DNA of 62,849 bases, the filler included, from Octopus bimaculoides (lineage: Eukaryota), in assembly GCF_001194135.2 (NCBI RefSeq). It is 4 parts of 4 records of this genome, joined end to end, with 100 filler letters (N's around TTAATTAATTAA, not from the genome) between each part and the next. Parts side by side here need not be neighbours in the genome. Positions count along the whole stretch, not along the records: positions 38,872 to 56,253 come from NC_068988.1; positions 56,354 to 62,849 come from NC_069004.1; 2 more parts are not named here. One strand, 5' to 3'. Below the pieces are notes generated by a model, which searched no databases, had not been told where the DNA came from, and saw only the letters and a list, made by a program, of their open reading frames with translations. The translations under genes were made by a program, and so were the position numbers. The stretch's first letter is position 1; each line of letters opens with the position of its first letter. Below are positions 50,031 to 62,755 of this stretch, one piece after another.

Positions 50031-52586
50031 TTTAACGGTATTCATAATGAAAATTAAATTTTGTAGGCATAAATCTAAGGCAATTTGGCTGACAACATTG
50101 ACATAGCGATGAAGAGAGAGACTTGCAGTGTTTGGCAGCGTGCATTTACGTTTTGAGTTCACTTTCAGTCCAGACCATTTGGGTGGCTCTCGATTGATAA
50201 AATAAAACGAAAGTTCACTTCCTTTATATTTGCGACAGTATAGCTATATAAGAAGTTCATAATTTGGAATTTTAATAAATACCAAAGTTATAATTTTATA
50301 ATATCAACTAATTGAAGAAATCTTTAATGCTTCATTGACCTTATGTGAAGATATTAATTATGCATATTTATATTTATAATTATTATGAAACTAATATGCG
50401 CATATATTATTTATAATTTGTTTACTCAAGCTAATTTTAATTGCTTTATGAAAAATAAGTACAATAGTTTCTATGTAAATATGATATTAATTACATACAC
50501 ATACATACATGCTCTCGTATACTTGTGTGTGCACAGAAGGGCAGGCACGTGCACACGTATATACAGACACATATACACATACATATGTACGCACAGTTAC
50601 TCACATATGTATACACAAATGGGAACACATTCATATTAGTTGGTTTATAAATGATGAATACACATACATACATACATATACAACATAAACACGCACAACA
50701 TGCATAATACATGTACACTTACTGGATTACGTATACCATGCATGCAGACTTGATACATGTACAGTCCGTTGGATACAACAAGCATGCGCAAATAACATAC
50801 ATCACTTTAGACATTTAACGAGCATACACCTCCCCACACACGCAGACATATTTACACACTTGCAATGAACGCTAAGTTCATACATAAGTACTCATATATC
50901 AAAGCACACCAGGCACACTCCAAGCATTACATGTAGAAACGCATACGCGTTGTATAACATCTTTTAAGCTCTTTTACTCAGTTAAGCTCTTTTACTCATT
51001 TAAGCTCTTTTAGTCTATGTCCGGCCGCCATTCATTTCACATCATTCTCCCACATTAGATACGTATGTAATCATATCATTTTATTCCACGGAACTTGTAC
51101 ACATAATTTGCCATCTGACCTTTCTACTTTACTTCTCTGTTTTTCTTTGAAGAAAGTCTCCTGTATTAAATGAAGGACGCTTCTAACTTTTCTTAATATT
51201 ATAAAGTTTACATTTCTGTTTATTTCTGAGAAGTTTCCGTGGATTAATTCTACCATACTGATAAAGACACTGATTCTCTTGCTCTCGGATTACCACATTC
51301 TGATTATATTGTAGATAAGACTATTATTATTTTCACCACACCAAACACCTACCTCCCATTATCTCTAAACTTAAACTTAGTCTCTTTTTATTCTATGCTC
51401 TTTCCCCTTAAACAATTTCTGACATCATTTCTTCCTAGGCGTTTACACTTACCTGTATATCTGTCCAGATTCCTCTAAGAATCACTATTCCAACTATACT
51501 CTGTTCTAGACTTTGCCTTGACGATAATCTCATCCCTTGTAACTTCCATCCGCAAACAAAAGCAATCGAGTATACTCTTATAAACTACACCCGCTTACAC
51601 GCATGTGCCGCTATCTCCCCTATCCATTTTTAAGCTTGGAGCTTGGTCACATAAATTCTTCATATACATCGCACCTCACCCACTTTCCGTCCTATCATAT
51701 TCTTTGACCTGTAAATCATTGTCATTTATTGAGCTTCATCTCTTCGTAAGTTCTATTTACGCCTCAAATACCCACTTCGCTAGCCCTGCCTCAATCAACC
51801 TACTTCACACATTTCTCTTTTCTACTATAGGCACAAGGCCTCTTCACACATTTCTCTGATATCATCAGGCATCTTCCACACATATTATAAACTCTGCATC
51901 CACCGACTCAGATCTAGCACCTATCGTACATGTGAGTTACCTCTTGTTGGCTTTGCTTCATAAACTTTATCTCACCTAAGGATGCATGACGGACAAGGAG
52001 CAATTCCTCTATTGCTCCGGATTGTGATTTTATTTCCACAATATCCTCTCTGTGTTTAGCAACTCCAGTTAGTTTGCCGATCTTTCCCGACCTATATCCT
52101 CTCGAAATCTCATCTACGACTTATGCCTTCACGCAGGGAACCACTTCTATTCTTGGAATCATTTACGGAAGTTTAAAGAATACGAGCAGGTTTTTCGCTC
52201 TCTTTCTTGTCTAGCGTCAAGAATACATCATGCACAAGCTCTCACACGTCTCTCTCCTCAACGTCACTGTCTGCACACCCTGTACCCGTGCCATTTACTT
52301 TATATCTGAAATCTACCAGTCTGTATCTTTCTCTCGAATCTCTTCTTCAACTATTATAAATTTCGCTATTGCATCCCGTTCATTATCCACAACTCTTTCA
52401 ACTTAAACTTTTACTCCCAGACCTGTTCGCCATGGACATTATATCACTCTTCATTTAAATTCCTTCATAGTGAGATTTTCTTCATTATCAAATTCGATTT
52501 GTATTACTCCATAATATACATTCACATGCAGACACAAACAACTCTCACGCACACATACTATGAGTTGTTTAATTCATAGTAACTAT

Positions 52587-52797
52587 AAGGCACAGAGCTG
52601 GCCAAATCGTTACCGCCCCGGGAAAAATGATCAGCGGCATTTCTTCCGAATTTACACACTGATTTTAAATGCTGTCGGGGTCGACTATGCCTTTCACTTT
52701 TTGGAGGTCAATAAAATAACTACTTGTTGAACGCTGAGGTCGATGTGATCGATTTATACCGAACCCCGAAATTGCAAGCCTTGTGCCAAAATTTTAA
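52587..52797 (+). mobile_element. SINE family D
   Basis: AAGGCACAGAGCTGGCC...GGGGTCGACTATGCCTTTCAC...GCCTTGTGCC. Confidence 0.78.
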
Positions 52798-53642
52798 ATT
52801 AATTTGTAGCAACTACACAGATATAGTCGCATTTAGCAAGACATCATGCATCGCTACGTTATGTCACACCAGACATAGACATCACAGAACACACGTATGT
52901 ACGTGCCTAAACGTACAACATACCCAGGAAACAATTATATAATACACTCACAGAGAATACATGCAATATGCAGACACCCTTCGTATATGATCTTACTGCG
53001 TAACGTTTTCTCTTCCTCGCAACTCTGGTTTAATTTTCTCTGCTTTTCATTGAAGAAGAACCAGTACCTGAGACTTAAAATACTTAATTCATTTCTTTTA
53101 TTTTAATACCAAACTGGTATTATAAATTTTGCATTTTCGTTTTCTGTTTTTTTTTTTTCCTTTTCGTGCTTTGTCCCCGCTATATTTTCCGAGTCAGGTA
53201 TGCGCATACATTTTCTCTCTATTAGGACATGTAATGAAGTCGGAATAAGTTTTACTTGGTGACAACAATATTTTCGTAAACCACAGAGATAGACACACGG
53301 CAAGTGGGATTAATAGCTCTTAAACGTTACCAAACATAGCGATATTGACAAGCAGTAGATATTCTACTCTCGAATATCAAATTACTGGGAATTTCTTTCA
53401 TTATAAACTAAAACTCTTCAATTTCATTAGCATTTTTATACAATGAATTAGAGTTTATTTACGTTTATATTTAATAACATCTACAACTGTGGTCTGTTTA
53501 GATATATCTTGCCCACCTATATGAATGCCCCTGATATACGAGATGCCTGTCTACCAGCTTATCTCCTATGTATGTATGCTAGTATGTATGTATGTATGTA
53601 TGTATGTATGTATGTATGTTTGTATGTATGTATGTATGTATG

Positions 53643-53693
<51 letters not shown>

Positions 53694-54830
53694 TTAGCTA
53701 GCTAGCTAGCTAGCTAACTATCTACCTATCTGTTATGTCTGAAGCTATTGTTATCTAGCACCTTCGGATGAACTCTAATCAACCGCTACACAACTGCTAC
53801 TCGACTGCTACTCAACTGCTACTCAACACACCTACCATAGCCAGACTACCTCTATTTATATGTCTATCTATACACACATTGAAAGAAATGCTATATATAT
53901 GCATTCACCAATAATATTATAAGTCGTAGATATATATACATATATACACACATACATCTCACACACATCCATTTATTCAAACATCTTTATTAAATTGAAT
54001 CATATTTTGGTCCTGTAAAACATATTTTCTACGAATTTATTTCGTTTTTGAATTTGAATTCAGATAATTCATTAAATCTGTCTGAAATAATTATACACAT
54101 AATTAATCTTTATACATAATAATTTTTAAAAAAATGTTTGTTTAATTAGAAGCGAGCATAATGATTACTTAATTACTATCACGTAGCTGTAATTAACATT
54201 ACATAACATAAATAAACTATTAAAAAAAATTCATTTAATAATTTCAGTCTAATATTTGATTAATATTAATTAATCAAACATGCTATTACAGTCAGATGAG
54301 TTGCTTATACTATTGGTATATCATGTTTGAAGACCAGCAAGTTTCTGCTATCTACCCGGTAGATATATTCAGTAATAAACACCACTGTGTCGCTAGTGAT
54401 TCGATTCAAAATAGGAAAAGACTTCTATTAATGATAAGCCATTTTACCTCACCAAACGCATCTCTGTTTATTTTCTACTACTTATAATATTGGTGAATAT
54501 ATTACGTCACCAACAAGTTGTGCCGATTAACTACAAGGCATATTATTGGTGAATGCATTACGTTATCAATAAAACACAGTTGATGACGTACAAGGATCAA
54601 TCGGTCAATGAATGACATCACCAACATATATTTAAGTAACAGGTTATATATTTAATGGACGCATTACTTTACTATCAGCGGTTACGTCATCCCCAAACTG
54701 TTTCGTTGAATAAATAACGTCTTATAGGGCTATCGTTTCAGACAATCTCTGTGTAATAAACCTATATGTCGGTAAAATATACTCTTCCACTTTTCCGTCA
54801 GCTAGCTATCTCTCTCTCTCTCTCTCTCTC

Positions 54831-54868
<38 letters not shown>

Positions 54869-55110
54869 NNNNNNNNNNNNNNNNNNNNNNNNNNNNNNNN
54901 NNNNNNNNNNNNNNNNNNNNNNNNNNNNNNNNNNNNNNNNNNNNNNNNNNNNNNNNNNNNNNNNNNNNNNNNNNNNNNNNNNNNNNNNNNNNNNNNNNNN
55001 NNNNNNNNNNNNNNNNNNNNNNNNNNNNNNNNNNNNNNNNNNNNNNNNNNNNNNNNNNNNNNNNNNNNNNNNNNNNNNNNNNNNNNNNNNNNATATATAT
55101 ATATATACAT

Positions 55111-55252
55111 ACATTATTTACATTTGACGGATATTTGTCGTCATCTTGTTTGTGCTTAACACAACGTTTCGGGTGATATACCCTGGAGCCTTCATCAGGT
55201 CTCTTCGGGAAATTTCGAATTTGGGTTCTCATTCCTAAGTTATTTTTCGATG
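55111..55252 (-). mobile_element. Second copy of the hammerhead-SINE body (head absent); ribozyme at 55158-55203 with mismatched stems
   Basis: Minus strand reads TTAGGAATGAGAACCCAAATTCGAAATTTCCCGAAGAGAC-CTGATGA-AGGCTCCAGGGTATATCACCC-GAAACGTTGTGTT...TGTAAATAATGT, roughly 85% identical to 49903-50030. Confidence 0.88.
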
Positions 55253-55640
55253 TTTTTACCTCCGCCAAGGCAGGAAGTTATGTCTTCATCGGCGTTGGTT
55301 TGTTCGTTTGTCCGTCTCTGTGCAAAATAGCTCAAGAAGTTATGAACGCTATTTGATGAAACTTACATGAAAAGTTGATAATGACAAGGAAAACATTATG
55401 ATATTTTGGTAGTGATCCAGGAATTTTTATGCATCCTTGACGGATTTTTCCTTTGTTATATTGACTTTACATGAAATATTACAACGTTACGTTCTTTGAT
55501 TGTCTCCCTTGAAAACACGTTCATCGTTTCTATTTAACCTATGGTTCTGTTGCGGTTTCCAAAGTTTTCTTTTCGTTTCTCTATTAGTAATTATACTCGC
55601 GTATCTATCTTAAAATGAACTTCTTGGCGGAGTTCTGCGA
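55253..55640 (+). mobile_element. Helentron-associated (HINE/DINE-like) non-autonomous element, 3' end damaged
   Basis: TTTTTACCTCCGCCAAGG...GTTATG start, with an inverted subterminal CTTGGCGGAG at about 55623-55632. Confidence 0.7.
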
Positions 55641-55807
55641 AGGATGACATGGCAAGCCTAACTATTGGGATCGACTCAAAAATCTCAGACTTTGCCCCCT
55701 CCACCACCGCTGTGAAATTATCTTGCTGTTGTCATTGCTATATTATAACTGCTTCAGATGATTCCTGTTTTCAAAGGTTTTTAAAAAAAAAATCATATGG
55801 CTGTGTT

Positions 55808-55942
55808 ATTTTTTTAAATCCCGCCAAGGAGGTTATGTTTTTGCTGGAGTTGGTTTGGGAAATTGGGCGATTTTCAGCATGCGTGTATATGGGTGGAAAT
55901 GAGCTCCTTGCCGGATGTCTGCGCTCTCCGAGTGCTTTTCTA

Positions 55943-55945
<3 letters not shown>
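55808..55945 (+). mobile_element. Short Helentron-associated element, same family
   Basis: CCCGCCAAGGAGGTTATGTTTTT...CCTTGCCGGATGTCTGCGCTCTCCGAGTGCTTTTCTAGTT. Confidence 0.75.
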
Positions 55946-55984
<39 letters not shown>

Positions 55985-56253
55985 TAGTTTTATTTTTATA
56001 ACGTGCTTTCACTTCACTACCGAGCGCAGCTCTGTGCGCCTTGGGTATGTGCTGTGGTTTGCTGTGGTGCTCTTATGTTTACTGTATTGAAAGTGTTTTG
56101 CGTAGAATGTGTGCAGTACCCAGTAGTGCAATTTTCTGTATGTTATATATATTTGTAAGTCATGGTGTTTTTGTTATGTATTTGTCTGAATATTTTTTTA
56201 TTATACCTAAGGCACCTACTATGATAGGAATTGTTTCTGTTTTTAGATTCCAC
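55946..56253 (-). mobile_element. R4/Dong LINE 3' end with (AAT)n tail; continues into a gap
   Basis: Minus translation WNLKTETIPIIVGALGIIKK...IQKIALLGTAHILRKTLSIQ*. Confidence 0.88.
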
Positions 56254-56375
56254 NNNNNNNNNNNNNNNNNNNNNNNNNNNNNNNNNNNNNNNNNNNNTTA
56301 ATTAATTAANNNNNNNNNNNNNNNNNNNNNNNNNNNNNNNNNNNNNNNNNNNNTGTGTGTGTGTGTGTGTGTGTC

Positions 56376-56412
<37 letters not shown>

Positions 56413-56816
56413 TTATCTCATATAAGTAAGATTCAATTGAATTAGGTTTTTAAACTGAGGCACCTCGTTAGGTCGGAATAATATACACTCTCAACAATAT
56501 TATGTAAATATCAAACTTGGTACCTAAGTAGCGGCCGAATGATGTAATGTTTTCATTAATCAATTAAAAGAGTCGTTAGAAACGGCCCTAATGGATTGAC
56601 TCCTGCACCTCTACTGTTACTATCCATATATATATAATATATATATATAATTAAACGAATGTTTTATACCTGGTAGCTTACTGGTAAAGCACGGTCGCTG
56701 GTAAAATTTTTGCCGCTTTAGACATATGTTATTCTAAATCTGATAGATATCATACTATTTTTAATCGGTACACCGCGAAGGTATCCTACGTTAACTTTAC
56801 TAATTTAGAGCAGCAT

Positions 56817-57470
56817 ATGCACCGCATAAACAATAGTAAAATACGACAACAGTTCAATAACCCACCTACTGGATCTAGCAAACATACGCATCTAAATACC
56901 AACGAAGATGTAAACCACAATGAAAAGCACCAAATATGGTCAAATTGTGATTATGATATAGTTAACACAGTAACAACTTCGGAAAATGAAGTCAGAACTG
57001 CCATATATACAAATAAACATAATAAATGCTCATGCAGAGAAAAATCAAAATGCCCATTGATGAACCTCTGTATGAGTACAAATCTTGTATATGAATGTAC
57101 CGTGCACACAAAGGGAAGAGTCATATGTTTACGTTGGGCAAATGGCTGATTCATTTAAGAATCGCTATCGCAACCATGTCGCCAGCTTCAAGAAAATCAA
57201 TAAGAGGCATTCAACATCTTTGGCCGACCTTGTGTGGCGACTGAAAGAAGATAAAATTAAGTATAACATAACTTGGTCCATAGTAAGGCATGCAAAACCA
57301 TACAATATCATTTCCAGGAGATGCCGATTCTGTTCCAATGAATCCCTGTCTATTCTCTGGACCAATCAGAAGAACATTAAAAGAATTTCTGAAAGGCTCT
57401 CAAGATGCCTACATGCATATAAATGTACTTTCGCACAATGCAGTGGGAATGAATTTGAGTAACTGTCAAC
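56817..57470 (+). mobile_element. Penelope-like element fragment: linker plus GIY-YIG endonuclease (Naiad-like cysteine pattern), one frameshift
   Basis: Translation CSCREKSKCPLMNLCMSTNLVYECTV / YVGQMADSFKNRYRNHVASFK...LKEDKIKYNITWSIV...RCRFC...CLH. Confidence 0.85.
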
Positions 57471-57910
57471 ATAATTTACTTTAAGGTATGGATGAATTAA
57501 GTTTAGCTTTAACCTCCCCATTCTTATAAACACCAAGTAACTATTTAACGCACTGTGTAAACACATGTGCGTATGCTTACATATTCATTGATGCTTGTAT
57601 GATCGAGTGTACATGCACCATGCAGCTTGCACGAGGGCGTTTATACATCCATATCCGTTAACAGATATGGATATCCGTTTACGGGTTTTTAATACTTTTC
57701 TCGCTGTATTGCATGTTTATTTCTTTTTTGCATATACTATTTTATATTTGATTTTCTATGTAAACGAAGATATATTCTTTATTTTGCTGCTTTTCTTCAC
57801 ACGAAATGAGAAGATACATTGCAGAACTGTTATTTTAACGAGTTATGTCTATTTATTACCCGATTAAACACATTTGCACCGTTGGATGCTCCTGAATCAG
57901 TTGTTAAGTA

Positions 57911-57958
57911 TCCCACCTATGAGGGATCGATGCTAAATGTATCGAAACAATTGTGATT
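57911..57958 (+). ncRNA. Degenerate, probably inactive hammerhead remnant in the PLE 3' region
   Basis: CTATGA (core lacking one G), hairpin GATGC-TAAAT-GTATC, GAAAC and palindromic ACAATTGT. The triplet is GUG, which is not cleavable. Confidence 0.4.
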
Positions 57959-58509
57959 AATAAAAAAATCGCATCTTCCATCTTCCGTCTTTCATTTACC
58001 ATATACTATACTGTACTATACGATACTATATATTCATACGTGCATTTGAGAGGGAAAGGGAGTGTGACTCTTAATACTTTCATATCTATATTTATTTACT
58101 GGTTTTAGTCATTGGATTGCGACCATACTGGGGCATTGAGTTCGACAGTTGCAGATATTTTCAGAGAGGACAATACTTATTTCAAGGTGAGTTATTTAGC
58201 TCCCTGTTAATCAATCCACTGTATCACTAGTTTTACAGACGCAGAATAAAGGAAGACACTGTTGTTTTATATCGTTGTAAACATAAACGCAAACACGGAT
58301 ACATCCCCCCACACACACAATACACACATGCGTATATGTGTAGAGCGGGTGGGTAATAAATCTGGCTTGGAAGGGTACTGGTCAATTTGGACCAGCCCAA
58401 CGCATTTGACAGGGTGGGCCATCGCTATCTGGTTGTTATCCTAAAAGCTCTCGATTTCGGTCCCATCTTCAGAGGTTAAATCACCACAATGTATTGGGAC
58501 ATCAGCTCG

Positions 58510-59200
58510 GTGGTCAAATTAAATTACCACCACTCAGAACTTTTAAAGTATTGAACACTTGGTCAGCTAAGGATGCTCCCTCTCCCCGCTTTTATATGTT
58601 TTGGTATAAGAACTTTTACTTCGAAGGCTGGAGCGTTTCAGAAGTATCTCACCGGAACTAGGTCACGGGAGGCTGTGTCTGCATACGCGGACGTCTCACT
58701 GTCATGGTATCGGACTCTTCGCTTATAGAAACGCTCAACACTATTCTGAAAGAATATCAAATACGTACAGGAGCACACATAAGCCAAGACAAATCAATGG
58801 GTTTGAAACTAAGCTCTTGGACTTGCCTCTCCAACCGTCCCGCATGCAATCGTTCAGTGTCCGTGTATTAGAGATATGTTGGCTTGTGTTGAGCAGCTGC
58901 TCTTTCGTGTAAGATGAATCCAACAGTCTGCTGAGTCTATAATGAAGATCGCAGAGAACGGAGACAGATCTTTCTCTGCTTAGTGGCTGTGGAAAAAGAG
59001 GCTGTGTGGGGGACCCATCTGAAAGGTTTGAAGATTGGCACGTTCCTATCTGGCCAAGCTCCCATCAATTTCTTCAAATATCATTTAAGGGGAAGATGAA
59101 GTTGAAGAGGGAGGTGCTGCCTACTAGTGTGTTCATCAGAAGTTGGACGAGAGTAGCAAGACTGGATAGATCTATTCTGAGTATGCTTTTCTAAGTAGGA
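58510..59200 (+). mobile_element. Decayed Tx1/L1-clade reverse-transcriptase fragment
   Basis: Translation VS*GCSLSPLLYVLV*ELLLRRLE and VSAYADVS...LKEYQIRTGAHISQDKSMGLKL match QGCPLSPLL, YADD and GAKIN..KS.GL. Confidence 0.8.
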
Positions 59201-59599
59201 AGAAAGAAATAGGAAGATGACATTTCCCATGCTTTGGAACGACAGAGTAAACCGGGAATTTTTGTGTAGGGTTTACCCTTAATGGACTAACCCACCACTA
59301 AAGATTCTATTTATTAATTATTTATTTCTCTAATTTCTGTCTAGATATCATTTTGTTCTATTCTTTGATGTTGTAGTATCTCTTCTTGATCGATGTAAAT
59401 TCCACCTGTTTGTGTATGTTGTATCTTGTCCTTTGATATTGTCTTCCATGTATTGGGCCCTTGTGACCCATAAAGGAAACCATTATTATTATTCAGTGAG
59501 AGAGCAACGCATGCTATCAAAGTGACACTGGGGTGCAAATATACAAAGCCCAACGTACGCATCATGACTTTGTAAAATAAAAAACAAACAAAAAAAACT

Positions 59600-59921
59600 G
59601 GCACTCCGTCGTTTACGATGACGAGGGTTCCAATTGATCCGATCAACGGAACAGGCTACTCGTGAGATTAACGTGCAAGTGGCTGAGCACTCCACAGACA
59701 CGCGTACCCTTCACATATTTCTCAAGGAGATTCAGCGTGATACAGAATGTGACAAGGCTAACCCTTTGAAATACAAGTACTACTCATTTTTGCCAGCTGA
59801 ATGAACTGAAGCAACGTGAAATAAAGTGCTTCGCTCAAGACACAACACGCCGCCGGGAATCGAACTCACGACTTTACGATCGTGAGCCAAACACCCCTAA
59901 CCACTCATCCATGCACCTTCA
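59600..59921 (-). mobile_element. SINE family B, full length, inserted into an unclassified repeat (59494-59570 plus 59922-59965)
   Basis: Head TGAAGGTGCATGGATGAGTGG, then the shared A/B tail ending GACGGAGTGCC. The flanks rejoin to match 62120-62225. Confidence 0.88.
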
Positions 59922-59965
59922 TACCCATCATGACTACTAGTCTGATAAAGGTACACAAATCACAT

Positions 59966-61790
59966 TATTTATTATCATTATTCAACATTTGGTAGTTTCA
60001 AGCAAATTTCTACTGCATCACTTGTTACACCACCGTGTTACTGGAGTTGTGTGCAGCATTGTGTGTTCTTTCTTGTTGTTGGGGGGAGTTCAAGCTCTTG
60101 CCGATATCTATTGCATCAGTTGTGTTTTGTTATGGAGTCTGGTTGCATTATTTTGTTGTATTAGTGTTTGTATTGTGGTGTGTGTAATGCAAGTTGCATT
60201 CTTTTGTTGGATATCTAGCCAGTTGGTGGTTGTTTATTTTGTTGGATATTCGCTATATGAAGTGTGTCACATGTTTGTAGATTGTTTTGTTTGGGTTGTT
60301 TTATTGAATTGATAATGTCTTGCGTAGGATGTGGGCTGTTCCTACCAAGGCCATTTTTGGATTATGTGTAGTGCTGAGGATCCGGATATAGCGTCTACGT
60401 TTTTGTTCTTGTTTCTTAGCATGTCCAATTCTCCAATTATTACTGGTATTGGTTTCACCTTCATGCACCACGCCTTGAATACTTGAATTTCGAGGTCCTT
60501 GTACTTTGACAGTTTCTCCACTTCTTTTGGGGCAATATTTTGATCAGAAGGGACTACAATGTCTATCAGTAAGCATATATTTTTCCCCTCCAGTCCTTGA
60601 TTATTATGTCTGGGACGTTAGCTTTTATTTCTTTGTCAGCTTGAACAGGCATATCCCAGATGAGTGTGGCCTAGACGTTGTCATGTATCTTGTTTAGCAC
60701 ATGTTTATAGTATTTCTTGTCAGTTTTAATGTTGTAGCGTTGACATATATCCAGTGGTTATAACTACTTTGGCAAGGATTGGACAGCCAAAGATGATGTG
60801 GTCAACTGTCTCATTGTGCTGGCTGCATTTGGTGTTAGGACAAGTTTTCATTATTTTGCTTTTATAATTGTTTGTGGTCAGGCATTGATCTTGTGCAGCG
60901 AGAATCAGTCCTTCTGTTTCAGCTTTTAGTTCAGAGCTTTTGAGCCAGTGTTGGTTTTTACTTAGGCTCCCTTTTTTTCTGTCAAGCCTTGCAGGGTATT
61001 GGGCATAGAATGATTTTTCTCACTATTTCTTCTTGTTTGTTTTGTAGTTCTGTTTTCATGTTGTTTTTTGCCTCATTGACCATTTCTGCTATGTTGTTAT
61101 CTAAGATGAGTGTATCTAAGATTTATATTCTGTTGCTTCCTTGTGTATGGAGAAAAGCGTTTTCTTTTATTCGTGTTGCCATTTTGCATGTAGCTATCTT
61201 CCACTTCTTTGTTTCTAAGTACTTTTCTAGTCCATCTGTTGCTATTTTATAGTAGTTCTCCATCTGTGTCAGGCCACGGCCTCCTTCTGTGCGGGGTAGA
61301 TATATTCTGTGTGTGTCTGCTTTGGGGTGGTGACTTCTGGGTTTTCTGCCTAAGTTTCTCAATTCACTGATCTTCCAGTTTATTATGTTGAAACTATAAT
61401 TTATGACTGGTATGGTTAGCGTGTTTATCCTTATCATTTTTAACATTGAGTTCAGTGTTTAATAATAGTCTAATTATTTTACAATATTCTCTCCTAATTT
61501 TCTCTATCATTTTTGTGAGTTAGTTTTAGCTCTTTGGTCTATTCCTAGATATTTATATGGGCGATTATGGTCTAATTGTTAGATTTTTTTATATCTGTGT
61601 CGAGTGCAGTGTTTTCAGTACTGATTAATTGTCCAGCCCCATGCTCATCCTGATGTCCTTGTTGAAACTATGGCCAATTTTTAGGTTTCTCTGTTCCGTG
61701 ATATTTTCAGTGAAAATTTTAAAACCATCCATGTATAAAGAGATGGTTTACTGTTTGTCCATAGCATCTATAAACCATGCTGGTTTCATT
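59966..61790 (-). mobile_element. 5'-truncated, decayed R4/Dong LINE (RT C-terminal half through the restriction-like endonuclease and 3' UTR)
   Basis: YMDG at about 61725-61740 (YMDD motif), then INTLTIPVINYSFNIINW, HHPKADTHRIYLPRTEGGRGL and MALVGTAHILRKTLSI*. Confidence 0.9.
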
Positions 61791-62004
61791 TAATGAGTTT
61801 GTTAGTGGGGTCAGAGCAAGGCAGAAAAGCGAGGGTGACAGCGAACCTCCTTGGAAAATCCTTCATGGGTATAAGTTATTGTTGTTATTTACTTTTAATC
61901 TGCATGTTCGTTACAAAAACTTGCTGAGAGATACCCAGCGTCCTAGGGCAAGTGAAGTATAAGAGTATTATTATTATTATTTATTATTGCTATTATTATT
62001 ATTA

Positions 62005-62099
<95 letters not shown>

Positions 62100-62119
62100 C
62101 ATCATCATCATCATCATCA

Positions 62120-62600
62120 TTGAGTGAGAGAGCAATGTATGCCATCAAAGTGACACTGGGGTACAAATATACGAAGCCTAATATACACATCATGGTTACC
62201 GGTCTGATAAGGGTACACCAGGCACATGCATCACAACCATATGTGTGCAACAAAGTGATCTCATATCAAGATAACAGCGCATAATCTCACAAGGTCCCTG
62301 AATAAGGTTTGTTGAAGGATGATGAATAAAACACCTATGTTTCGAGAGGTGAATTATTCAAGCCCCAAACAATTCCTCTCAATACATGGCTATAGTACTC
62401 CCCAACTACTCCTGCTTGTGATTAGAGATTCACATATCATCAGTCACTAAGGGAATATGCTCAAGAGGTTAAGGTCAAGCAACTGCCAAGAAAATCTGCG
62501 ATAGTGAGCAGAATAATTGCTGTAGTTCAATTTTTATACCAAGACAAAACATGTACTTGATAACACTTCTAATCAGTTAAGATCAGAAGCCATGACAGCC
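62120..62600 (-). mobile_element. Unclassified interspersed repeat with an (AAT)n/(ATG)n tail on the minus strand
   Basis: Its first about 105 bp match 59494-59570 plus 59922-59965. The tail tract lies at 61967-62119. Confidence 0.55.
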
Positions 62601-62604
62601 ACTA

Positions 62605-62737
62605 CACGCGCCGGGAAAATGCCTTTCATCCTTTCTGGGTCGATGAAATAAGTACCAGATGTGCACTGGTGATGTAATCGCCTTATCTCCACCTCCACTC
62701 CCAAATTTCAGGCCTTGGGCCTATAGTAGAAAGGATT
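62605..62737 (+). mobile_element. SINE family D with an internal deletion
   Basis: CGCGCCGGGAAAATGC|CTTTCATCCTTTCTGGGTCGATGAAATAAGTACCAG...GGCCTTGGGCCTATAGTAGAAAGGATT; the deletion junction has TGC microhomology. Confidence 0.8.
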
Positions 62738-62755
62738 TTTCTTAATATTTTATTA

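Noticed and set aside
51300-52500. Donor-like ...ATATACAG|GTAAGT near 51450 as the missing transmembrane exon
   Set aside because: There is an in-frame TGA in the required phase and no hydrophobic helix. The region looks like a very decayed LINE that I cannot classify.
56452-56495. CTGAGG-CACCTCGTTAGGT-CGGAATA as another hammerhead
   Set aside because: Both core segments are mutated and there is no stem I. CTGATGA at about 6349, 21551, 29378 and 62436 (minus) likewise lacks GAAAC or stems.
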